NCBI GenBank assembly: GCA_044225365.1
Contig: JBGAIQ010000006.1
Coordinates: 96,001 to 160,000, forward strand
Direction of reading: 5' to 3'
Source: Planctomycetota bacterium
GTDB taxonomy: Bacteria > Planctomycetota > B15-G4 > JADJEK01
DNA length: 64,000 bases
Part shown: positions 50,317 through 58,956 of the stretch, piece by piece
Position numbering within the stretch: position 1 is the first letter of the stretch
Layout: every line of letters begins with the position of its first letter
The notes under the pieces: generated by a model
What the model saw: only the letters and a program-made list of their open reading frames with translations
What the model was told of the DNA's origin: nothing
Databases searched by the model: none
Translations under genes and position numbers: made by a program

Positions 50317-50897
50317 GATGGGACCTCCGCCGAACCCGAAGCTCGGGGGTCGCCGGGTCGATCGTCCACTTCACCAAGGAGTCGCTTCACGGCGAGCAGT
50401 CCGCGGCGAGCGTGGGACTTCACCGTCCCGAGCGGCAGCTTCAGCAGACGGGAGATTCCGTCGTGTGAGATCCCCTTCATGATCGAGAGTTCGAGGATCC
50501 TGCGGCGTTCGGGATCGAGTGTGTCGAGAGCTTTCCGCACTCGCGAGGTCTCGTCCCCGATCTCCGCGACCGACTCCTCGGGAATGGGCGCGGATGGTTC
50601 GGCGACATTGTCGAGCGATGCGGTCCCTGCCTGACGCTCGGCCTGACGACGACGATCGACGATTCGCCGCCGCGCGATCATCGCGACGAACGCGGCCTCG
50701 GGCGCGATCGTCGCATCGAAGCGCGCGGCCGCCTTCCAGATCGCGACGAAGGCGTCCTGCGCGGCGTCCTCCGCGTCGGCGGCGCTGTACGACAATCGGC
50801 GAGCGAGCGACCAGACGAGACCACCGTAGCGATCGAGACACTCCTCGACCGCCTTGGGATCACCTCGCCCGATACGTTCCAGGATCGATTCGCTCAC
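50313..50897 (-). CDS. ECF sigma factor (SigK-like)
   Basis: GGAGG RBS before GTG, DAEDAAQDAF..IW, SH..I...L..PLGTVKS..RRGL; ATGA overlap with rskA. Confidence 0.9.
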   Translation of the reverse strand: MSESILERIGRGDPKAVEECLDRYGGLVWSLARRLSYSAADAEDAAQDAFVAIWKAAARFDATIAPEAAFVAMIARRRIVDRRRQAERQAGTASLDNVAEPSAPIPEESVAEIGDETSRVRKALDTLDPERRRILELSIMKGISHDGISRLLKLPLGTVKSHARRGLLAVKRLLGEVDDRPGDPRASGSAEVPS

Positions 50898-50964
50898 GCG
50901 CTCGCAACTGCCTCCAACGTCGCCCTGCGCACGGACTGCGCGGGACGAGGAGGATGGAACCGAA

Positions 50965-50992
50965 TTCTGCGCGGCATCGCAACCGGGAATCA
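50965..50992 (-). promoter_or_regulatory. Putative autoregulatory ECF promoter
   Basis: TGATTCC-N17-AGAA, similar to the 46529-46556 motif including part of the spacer. Confidence 0.4.
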
Positions 50993-51304
50993 GGGCGATC
51001 TCGTCGATCTCGCATTCGCGACCGTGCGGGTGCGCTCGCGCATCTCTTGCCCAGGCAGCGTGAATCACCGCGAACGGCGAAGAAGCCGCCTCGAATCCGG
51101 TGCAGGTGGAGACCAAGGTTCTCGGGCTCTCGTTTCGAGGTTCGGTCGCGCGCCGAGACGGAGTGCCTCTACGATCCCGCGCAACGGCTGTTATCCTGTG
51201 GCGAGCCCGCGACGGATGCAGCGAAGCCGGAAAGACTCGTTGCGAACGGCGATCAGGTCGCAGTACACCAAGGCGTTCATCGAGAGACGAAGAGACCGGG
51301 CAGC

Positions 51305-52717
51305 ATGTTCGAGCGATTCACCGACACGGCGGCGGAGGCGCTGCGCATAGCGGAGCGCGAGGCGGATGCCGCGTGCCGTAGTGCGGTTGGGAGCGAGCAC
51401 CTGCTCCTCGGGCTCTTCCAGGTGCGAGCCGTCGCCTCGATCGTGTTGAGACAGTCGGGGGGAGATCTCGACCGCTGCCGCGCCCATCTCGCGAAATCGA
51501 TGGGTGGCGCTCACGTCGCGATCGCACGTCACCTCCGCCGCGCGCTGCGCAAGAGCCTTGGCGACGTATCCCAGCGCTACAGCACGAACCTCGCCCGAGT
51601 GCTCGCCCTCGCGGAGGAGGCCGCTCGCGAACTCGCACACCCCAAGGTGGGGACCGAGCACCTGCTCTGGGCGCTCGTCGAACACGCGGATGGAATCACT
51701 CGATCTTACTTCGAGTCGATCGAACTCTCACCGGAGCAAGCTCGGCGACAGATCCTCGAGATGCTGCGCGTCGCGCAGACGGCGTTGAAGGATCAGGGAG
51801 CGGACGATCGTCGCGGAAGGAAGCGTCGGTCACCTCTGCTCGACATGTTCACGACGGATCTCGTGCGTCGCGCGCGAAAGAACAAGCTGCCGCGATTGAT
51901 CCGCCGCACTGCCGAGGCGCAACGCATCCACGAGGCGATGCTCCGCATGATCGCGCGCAATGCGCTCGTCGTCGGCGAGAACGGGTGCGGGAAGACCGCT
52001 CTCGTTCAGACCTTTGCCAAGGAGATTGCGCTCGGCGGAGCCCCGGAACCGCTCCTGCGCAAACGCATCCTCGAACTCGATCCCATCCTCCTCGTCGCCG
52101 GCACGAAGTACCGCGGGGAGTTCGAAGAACGGATCACGAACCTCCTGCTCGAGATCCAGAAGGCGGGCGACGTCATCCTCTTCATCGACGACGTCCATCT
52201 CCTCGCACTGCCGTCCACCCAGGGCAGGAATGACGGCGCGGCCGGTGTGTCGAATCTGATGCACTTGCTCTCGCCCGCGATCGATCGATTCGAGGTGCAG
52301 ATGATCGCGACCTGCGCCAAGAGCGCCGAGTCGCGGGTCATCGAGCAGTTCCCGACGCTCGGCACCGCGTTCCACCGTATCGTGCTCTCCCCTCCCAGCC
52401 GCGACGTGGTGCTCGCGATCCTGAACAAGAAGCGACCCGAATACGAGGCTCATCATCGCCTGCGGATCGAGCCCGCGGCGCTCGCGACCGTTCTCGCCGC
52501 GGCCGAAGCGTCGCTCGGCGTGGATCCATCGGAATCGCTCGTCGTCTCCGCACTCAAGATGCTCGATCGTGCCGCGTCGGAGGCCGTGCTCGATCGCGAA
52601 CTGCGCAACCGCGAACGCACCGCCCTCGATGCCGCAGCCGTACGCGAACTCCTCGTCCTCGCGCAGGCGAACCCGCGCCATCCAACGCCAACGGCGAAGG
52701 CGGATTCGAATGCTTGA
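51305..52717 (+). CDS. Truncated ClpC-like protein 1 (double Clp-N + AAA+ D1 only)
   Basis: MFERFT start, GSEHLLLGL/GTEHLL, Walker A GENGCGKT, pore loop GTKYRGEFEER, Walker B ILFIDD; 470 aa, no D2. Confidence 0.88.
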   Translation: MFERFTDTAAEALRIAEREADAACRSAVGSEHLLLGLFQVRAVASIVLRQSGGDLDRCRAHLAKSMGGAHVAIARHLRRALRKSLGDVSQRYSTNLARVLALAEEAARELAHPKVGTEHLLWALVEHADGITRSYFESIELSPEQARRQILEMLRVAQTALKDQGADDRRGRKRRSPLLDMFTTDLVRRARKNKLPRLIRRTAEAQRIHEAMLRMIARNALVVGENGCGKTALVQTFAKEIALGGAPEPLLRKRILELDPILLVAGTKYRGEFEERITNLLLEIQKAGDVILFIDDVHLLALPSTQGRNDGAAGVSNLMHLLSPAIDRFEVQMIATCAKSAESRVIEQFPTLGTAFHRIVLSPPSRDVVLAILNKKRPEYEAHHRLRIEPAALATVLAAAEASLGVDPSESLVVSALKMLDRAASEAVLDRELRNRERTALDAAAVRELLVLAQANPRHPTPTAKADSNA

Positions 52718-54428
52718 ACGAGCTTCCGAACGCTGCCGCGACGCGCTCGAACGGGCGCGGCAACACGCCCTGCGGTTCCGCCACACACGGATCGGCACTT
52801 CGCATCTCCTGCTCGGCCTGCTCGACGAGGGCGCCGGCGTCGGGACATCGACGCTCCGTCACCTCGGTGTGGAGGTCAAGGTCGTCCGCGCCGAGATCGA
52901 GAGTCGCCTGCAGCCGGGAGCCGGAGTGATCGGGCGCAAGGCGATGCCCTTCGACGAGGAGTGTCGTGCGGCGCTCGCCGCGGCCGTGGGAGCGGCGAAG
53001 GAGCGCAACAGCCCCTACGTCGGCACCGAACACCTGCTCCTCGGTCTGCTCGCCGACGCTCACAGCTTCTCCGCTCGCGTACTCGACAAGTTCGGGATCA
53101 CGCACAACGACGCCGCCGCGGCAGCCGCCGAGTTGAAGGCGGATCCGCAGCGCCCCGCGTCCGCCCGGGCGCAGGATTCCCGGGATCGCAAGCCGCGTTC
53201 GCCTCGCCTCGGACCCACGAGCCAGCTCGACACCATCGCCGTCGACCTCGCGAATCGCACGCAGCGCCGTCAACTCCGTCCCGTATGTGGTCGCTTCGCC
53301 GAACTCGAACGCATCAAGCACCTCCTCTCCCAAGAGCCACGCACTTCGGTATTCGTGCTCGGCAAGAGCGGAGTGGGCAAGACGTCGGCAGTGTTCGCGC
53401 TCGCGCGCGACATCCTCATCGGCAGCGTCCCGTCCGCACTCCTCGGCAAGCGCATGCTCGCGATCGATCCCGTACGACTTGCCGCGGGATGCCGGCACAA
53501 GGACCAGCTCGAACAACGCGTCGACGAGATCGTCGCGCAAGCCGAACGCGCACGCGACGTGATCCTCGTGTTCGACGATGCCGGCTGGCTCTTGAACGGG
53601 GTGCATGACATTCATGATCACCACGACGGCCACATCGGCCACTTCGAGGGAACGACGCACTCGCTCCAGCGCGGTCGCGAAGCGCGCGACGACGCGCCAG
53701 CCGGACTCGAGAGCGAACGACCGTCCAACCCGGACGTCACCGACATGTTCGCGCGCTTCCGACCGGCGCTCGAAGCGCGCCGACTCCAGGCGATCCTCAC
53801 CCTCGCGCCGAACGGCGAACCGGACGCGGAGAGCAAGCTCCTGCGGGCGAACTTCGGTGATTGGTTCGAATGCGTCTCGCTCTTCCCGGCCGACATCGAT
53901 CGGACTCTGATGACGGTCTACGAACTGCGGGAGCAACTCGAGAACCATCATCGGGTGACCATCACCGAAGATGCTCTGAAGACCGCCGTCCAACTCGCCG
54001 TTTCGGCGGGCGACAAGAACGATCTGCTCACCACCGCGCTCCGCCTCGTCGACGAAACCGGAGCACGCCTCACCGCACGCGCTTTCACCCCACCCGTTCG
54101 CGCCACCAAGCTGGTTCGCGAGATCGAGAAGCTCGAGGCCGCGCGCTCCGAGGCGTTCGAGCGCAAGGATCATTCCGACGCCGCACGACGCTTCGACGAA
54201 GCTCGCGCGAATCGTGAGCTGCTCGAACAGATCGAGCGACGCTGGCGCACGGAGCTTCGCGAGAAGCTGCGGGTCGTCGACGAGACCGCGATCGCGGAGA
54301 CCTGGTCGATCCACGGCGGTTATCGTACGGCTGAGCCGAATCGAGCGACGCCGCGGGCCGACGCTCCATCGTTCGAACCGCCCACCGAACCCACCGAGTC
54401 CAGCAAGCCATCGGACGGCGGCGCATGA
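52710..54428 (+). CDS. Truncated ClpC-like protein 2 (Clp-N + D1 with His-rich insert + UVR/M domain)
   Basis: GTSHLLLGLL/GTEHLLLGLL, GKSGVGKT, ILVFDD, UVR-like coil; 572 aa, no D2. Confidence 0.85.
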   Translation: MLERASERCRDALERARQHALRFRHTRIGTSHLLLGLLDEGAGVGTSTLRHLGVEVKVVRAEIESRLQPGAGVIGRKAMPFDEECRAALAAAVGAAKERNSPYVGTEHLLLGLLADAHSFSARVLDKFGITHNDAAAAAAELKADPQRPASARAQDSRDRKPRSPRLGPTSQLDTIAVDLANRTQRRQLRPVCGRFAELERIKHLLSQEPRTSVFVLGKSGVGKTSAVFALARDILIGSVPSALLGKRMLAIDPVRLAAGCRHKDQLEQRVDEIVAQAERARDVILVFDDAGWLLNGVHDIHDHHDGHIGHFEGTTHSLQRGREARDDAPAGLESERPSNPDVTDMFARFRPALEARRLQAILTLAPNGEPDAESKLLRANFGDWFECVSLFPADIDRTLMTVYELREQLENHHRVTITEDALKTAVQLAVSAGDKNDLLTTALRLVDETGARLTARAFTPPVRATKLVREIEKLEAARSEAFERKDHSDAARRFDEARANRELLEQIERRWRTELREKLRVVDETAIAETWSIHGGYRTAEPNRATPRADAPSFEPPTEPTESSKPSDGGA

Positions 54429-55942
54429 TCGATGCAAATGCCGCAGGAGCGGAGGTCCAGGCATCCGCCCTCGAAGAAGCCATGACCGACACGACCGCGC
54501 CAGCTCCCACCGGATTGCTCAGCATCGCGATGCACGAAGCTCGCGAACTGTCGCACGATCACGTGGGAACCGAACATCTCCTGCTCGGACTCCTGCTCGA
54601 AGAAGGCGGAGCCGCACGGGCGATCCTGAACGAGCAGGGCATCACGGCCGAGCAGCTCCGAGCCGAGTTGAAGCGGGCGATCGGCGCGTCGACCGAAAAG
54701 GCTTCGAACAGTCCGCTCCCCATCACTCCGCGAGTGAAGCAAGCCCTCGAGAGCGGCGCCGAGGCCGCGCGACGCACCCATCACGGCGACGTTCGGTCGG
54801 AGCACGTGCTGCTCGGACTGCTCGATCAGGCCGATGGCCTCGCGCGGCGCGCGCTCGAGCGTTTCTCCGTCGACATCGATGAATGCCGCCGCCGCACGCA
54901 GGAGCGCCTGCGAAGCGACGCACAGAACGACGACAAGCCCGAGCCGCGCGAGGCCGAGATCCCGGCGCTCGAAGCGTTCGGCGAAGAAGTGGCGGTTCGC
55001 GAATCCGAGAGCCTCGGGCTCGCGCCCATTCCGCCATTCGACCATGCAGTGCTCGTCGGACTCCTGCGGCGGGAGAATCGGGCGATCCTTCTGTGCGGAG
55101 CGAGCGGCTGCGGAAAGACGAGCGCCGCGAAACGGCTCGGCGCCGCATTGCGTTCACGACGCGGGGCGTTCGAACTGCCGCTGCGCCGTCTCGTCGCGAT
55201 CCCGCTGCCCTGCATCGTCGCCGGCGCGCGACACCGCGGGCGAGTCGAGGAACGCCTGCGCATCGTGTTCAAGGAAGCGGCGGAGAGTGGCGACGTCGCG
55301 CTCTTCTTCGACGACTTCGAGTGCGTCCTCGGCTGCAACGAACTCGCGCTCGCGCTCGAACTCGCGATGGCGGCTTTCACGATCCCGATCGTCGCCGCCA
55401 TCGATACGGTGGCTCTCGAGACGCTCGCTCGCAATCACCCCTCGCTCTACTCGCGATTCGTGCGAATGGCCGTCCCACCGCTCCTCGAGACCGCGCTCGA
55501 TGCCGCGCTTCGCGAGCAGGCGAGGCGACTCGAGCAATTCCATTCGATGCGGATCACGGATGCTGCGCTCGTCGCTGCCGCCGATGCCGGTTCGGCCGAT
55601 TCCCGCGGCCACGGCGCGTCGCGCCTGTCGAACGCGATCACGTTGCTCGACCGCGCGGCCGCCGCGGTTCGCGCCGCGATGCTGCGGCCGTCGCCTGCGA
55701 TCAAGACCGTGCTCGCGGATGCGATCCGCTTCGAGCGCGAGGCCGATCAGGCCGCCGCCGAGGGTGACGAGCGCCGATGCGCGAGTCTCGCCGCCAAAGC
55801 AGGCGCCTCGCGAGCGACCGCTCACGCGCTGATCCTCGCGTTGTCCTCCACGGCATCTTCGGTCGAACTCACGGCCGAACACGTCCAAGTTGCGCGTCGT
55901 CGCGCCACCGCACGTCCGCCTTCACCCAAGATGCACACCTGA
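54425..55942 (+). CDS. Truncated ClpC-like protein 3 (Clp-N + degenerate D1 + M-like coil)
   Basis: GTEHLLLGLL/SEHVLLGLL, GASGCGKT, GARHRG.VEER, ALFFDD; 505 aa, no D2. Confidence 0.85.
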   Translation: MIDANAAGAEVQASALEEAMTDTTAPAPTGLLSIAMHEARELSHDHVGTEHLLLGLLLEEGGAARAILNEQGITAEQLRAELKRAIGASTEKASNSPLPITPRVKQALESGAEAARRTHHGDVRSEHVLLGLLDQADGLARRALERFSVDIDECRRRTQERLRSDAQNDDKPEPREAEIPALEAFGEEVAVRESESLGLAPIPPFDHAVLVGLLRRENRAILLCGASGCGKTSAAKRLGAALRSRRGAFELPLRRLVAIPLPCIVAGARHRGRVEERLRIVFKEAAESGDVALFFDDFECVLGCNELALALELAMAAFTIPIVAAIDTVALETLARNHPSLYSRFVRMAVPPLLETALDAALREQARRLEQFHSMRITDAALVAAADAGSADSRGHGASRLSNAITLLDRAAAAVRAAMLRPSPAIKTVLADAIRFEREADQAAAEGDERRCASLAAKAGASRATAHALILALSSTASSVELTAEHVQVARRRATARPPSPKMHT

Positions 55943-55952
55943 CAGGGCCAGA

Positions 55953-57440
55953 ATGTTCGAACGCTTCACCGATCGCACGCGCCGCGTGCTCGTCCTCGCG
56001 CGCCAGCACGCCCATCGCATGCAACACGCGGCACTCGAGGCGCATCACCTCCTGCTCGGAATGCTGGAAGAGGCGAAGGCGACCGACGGCAGCGCGGAGC
56101 GACTCCTCGGCATCGACATCGAGAGCGCCAAGGCGATGGTCGATCGGATCGCGCCGCTCGGCAACCGTCCACCCGACGCTCACGACGCGCTGCCCTTCGG
56201 TCCGTCCGCGCGTGCACTCCTCGTGCGCGCCACCGCCGAGGCCGATGCATCGCGTTCGGAGGGCGTCGATCTCGAACACCTCGTCCTCGCGCTCGCGCTG
56301 GATGAGAGCCACCCGGCGGCCAAGCTCGTCGAACAGAACGGACGATCGCTCGAACAGGTTCGTCGCGACGTGCGGGACATCCTCGCCCCGCGCGCGCACG
56401 AGCTCGAGTCGGTCGTCGAGGAGACGCATCGCACGCCTGCCCTGGATGCGTTCTGCCACAATCTCGTCGATCGCGCTCACCAAGGCCAGCTCGACCCGTT
56501 CGTCGGCCGAGGCGCCGAACTGGAACGTCTCTACGAGATCCTCTTGTGCCGCCGCGACGCCAACGCGCTGCTCGTCGGATCGAGTGGTTCCGGCAAGACC
56601 GCGCTCGCCCGCGGTCTCGCGATCGCCATCGCCGAAGGCACGGCTCCCACACCGCTGCTGTCGGCCAAGCTCTTCGCCGTCAACTCGCTTGCTCTTCTCG
56701 CCGGCACGCGGTATCGCGGGCAGCTCGAAGAACGCGTGAAGGCGCTGCTCTACGAAGCACGCAAGCTCTCGCAGGTCATCCTCTTCATCGACGACGCACA
56801 AGCGTTGCTCGGCGAAGAGGGCGCATCGACCGCTTGGCTCACCCACGACGTCCCCGGCGCCGGCTTCCTCTCGATGTTGAAGCACGCCTTCGACGCCGCC
56901 GAGACGAGGTTCATCCTCGCGCTCGACAGTGCGGCGCTCGCGCGCTTCCGCATCGCGCAGCCTTCGGCGCAGCGCCACCTCCAGGAGATCGACGTCGCAC
57001 CGGCGAGCAAGAGCGAGACCGGTGACATCCTTCGCGCACTGAAGCCCCAGTTCGAGCTCTATCACGACGTCCGCATCGACGACGCCGCTCTCGCGACCGC
57101 GGTGCTGCAACGCCCGCGCCTGCAATCGCCGGGAGACCCCAAGGACCGTGCGCTGCCGGGTCGAGCCGTCGATCTCATCGATCGGGCGTGCTCGGAGATC
57201 GCGCTCGCCTCGACCGAGCCGACCGAGGACCTGAAGCAGATCGAATCCGAGATCGCGCGACTCCAGCACGAGGAAGCGGAGAACGTGAAGGCGCGCGAAT
57301 ACATCGCGGCCGCCGCTGGCCGCGAAGCCCTCGACACCCTCGAGAAGCGCCGGGAGCGAATCCTGTCGGAGCGTCGCGGTCAACGCGCCGTCGACGCCGC
57401 CGCGATCGAGCGCGCGGCGGCCAGTCTCGCCGGCGTCTGA
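55953..57440 (+). CDS. Truncated ClpC-like protein 4 (Clp-N + D1 + UVR/M domain)
   Basis: MFERFTDR start, LDPFVGR, GSSGSGKT, GTRYRGQLEER, ILFIDD, LPGRAVDLIDRA; 495 aa, no D2. Confidence 0.88.
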   Translation: MFERFTDRTRRVLVLARQHAHRMQHAALEAHHLLLGMLEEAKATDGSAERLLGIDIESAKAMVDRIAPLGNRPPDAHDALPFGPSARALLVRATAEADASRSEGVDLEHLVLALALDESHPAAKLVEQNGRSLEQVRRDVRDILAPRAHELESVVEETHRTPALDAFCHNLVDRAHQGQLDPFVGRGAELERLYEILLCRRDANALLVGSSGSGKTALARGLAIAIAEGTAPTPLLSAKLFAVNSLALLAGTRYRGQLEERVKALLYEARKLSQVILFIDDAQALLGEEGASTAWLTHDVPGAGFLSMLKHAFDAAETRFILALDSAALARFRIAQPSAQRHLQEIDVAPASKSETGDILRALKPQFELYHDVRIDDAALATAVLQRPRLQSPGDPKDRALPGRAVDLIDRACSEIALASTEPTEDLKQIESEIARLQHEEAENVKAREYIAAAAGREALDTLEKRRERILSERRGQRAVDAAAIERAAASLAGV

Positions 57441-57448
57441 ACGAACGC

Positions 57449-58831
57449 TCAGCCGTCGAGCGGCAGGAGCCGCACGTTCTTGAAGTGGATCTCCGCTCCT
57501 TCGGACTGCAGGCAGATGTGGCCCTTCACGCGGTCGGCTTCCGAGCCTTCGTTGAGAATCGTGCCGTTCACGGAGAGAACGACCGTTCCGTGATCGACCG
57601 TGATGCGGTAGTGGTTCCACTCGCCGATCGGCTTCTCGAAATGCTCGCCCGCATGCGTGCGCTTGGTGTTGCGGCCGTTCTTGCGATCCGCCGCGGTCTT
57701 CACCGGGAATTCCTCGATCTGCCAGAAGTCACCCGCGCTGTCGGACTCGAGCTGGGCTTCGAGGGACTTCGGCCACACCATGTCCTTGCCCGTCATACGC
57801 ACGAGGACGCCGCTGTTGCGGCCGCCCTTGTCGCTCGGCTCCCACTGCCAGTCGACTTCGAGGATGTAGTCCTGGTAGTCGGCCTCGGTGCGGATGTAGC
57901 CGGCCGGGTTGCCCTTGCACACGATCATTCCGTCGCGCACCGACCACACCTGATCCATCTTCACGTTTGGATCGGTGAGGCAATAGGTCCAACCCTTCAG
58001 ATCCTTGCCATCGAAGAGATCGATCCACGTGTCCTTCACGTCGCCCGTCGCGGCCCATTCACAGCCGCGAACCAGGAGCCGCTGGAACTGCCAGTCCTCG
58101 TGGGACGTGTGCGTCTCCGGCTTGTCGCGCCATACGTGGCCGAGGGGCGTGTGGAAGACACGCGCCTTGCCGTACTGACCCACCATGATCATCGGTTCGT
58201 TCTGACCCGTGCCGCCTTCCTTGGGATCGGAGAACGCGGTCGCGAGGACGGTGTAGGGCACGTTCTGCGCGTTCACGAGTTTGTGATACAGCTCGTCGGG
58301 ATGCTGGCGCACTTCGCCGAGGCCGCGGGTGATCGGATGCGTGTAGTCGCCGATCGTGAGATCGAAGGGATGGTAGGTGCCATGGCCCGTCCCAGCGCGC
58401 CACAGGTGCCCGACGATCTTCTCGTACTCCGTGAATCCCGGGAACGCGTTGTTCGCTGCATGGATCACGGCGACGTTGACTCCACCGGCGACCGCCGCGA
58501 CGAAGCCCTTGTTCGCCGCATCGCTCCACGGCTTGCCGTTGTAGTCGAGCAGGATGAGCTTGTACTTCGAGAGCGCCGCCGCATCGGCCAGCGTTTCGCT
58601 CGGCGTCGTCGTGATCGTGACCTCGAACTTTCCGCTTCCCTCGAGCACGCGCTTCATGCTGCGGCTCGTGAAATCGAAGTCGTGGTTGTTCTCTCCGGTC
58701 ACGATGAGCGTCGGGATCTTCTCGGCGTTGGCGCGAGGGGCGATTGGCGGAACGTCGGCGGCGGACGCTCGATTCATCGTGAAGAGCGAAAGGGTGGCGG
58801 TCACGAGGGCGAGGATGGCGCGAACATTCAT
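57449..58831 (-). CDS. ThuA-like domain + DUF1080 (3-keto-disaccharide hydrolase-like) secreted protein
   Basis: TGENNHD, HPIT.G, DELY, RVFHTPLGH; LFDGKDL.GW, NSGV, GEWN, LQSEG..I.F.NV. Confidence 0.88.
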   Translation of the reverse strand: MNVRAILALVTATLSLFTMNRASAADVPPIAPRANAEKIPTLIVTGENNHDFDFTSRSMKRVLEGSGKFEVTITTTPSETLADAAALSKYKLILLDYNGKPWSDAANKGFVAAVAGGVNVAVIHAANNAFPGFTEYEKIVGHLWRAGTGHGTYHPFDLTIGDYTHPITRGLGEVRQHPDELYHKLVNAQNVPYTVLATAFSDPKEGGTGQNEPMIMVGQYGKARVFHTPLGHVWRDKPETHTSHEDWQFQRLLVRGCEWAATGDVKDTWIDLFDGKDLKGWTYCLTDPNVKMDQVWSVRDGMIVCKGNPAGYIRTEADYQDYILEVDWQWEPSDKGGRNSGVLVRMTGKDMVWPKSLEAQLESDSAGDFWQIEEFPVKTAADRKNGRNTKRTHAGEHFEKPIGEWNHYRITVDHGTVVLSVNGTILNEGSEADRVKGHICLQSEGAEIHFKNVRLLPLDG

Positions 58832-58956
58832 GACGAAGGGGGCTCCTGGCCGAACACTGGGATCGGCCGGGATGGTACTCTTATCCCTGTCCGCGAGAAA
58901 CCCGGAGTCGGTTCGCGACCGCACGGGATCTTCTGTGGAGAAGGAGCGAACCAATC

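Noticed and set aside
51305-57440. Clp genes as a frameshifted full-length clpC/clpB or as T6SS ClpV
   Set aside because: No D2 sequence (second Walker A, GYVG loop) is evident in any listed ORF, each next gene restarts with Clp-N, and there are no T6SS genes in the window.
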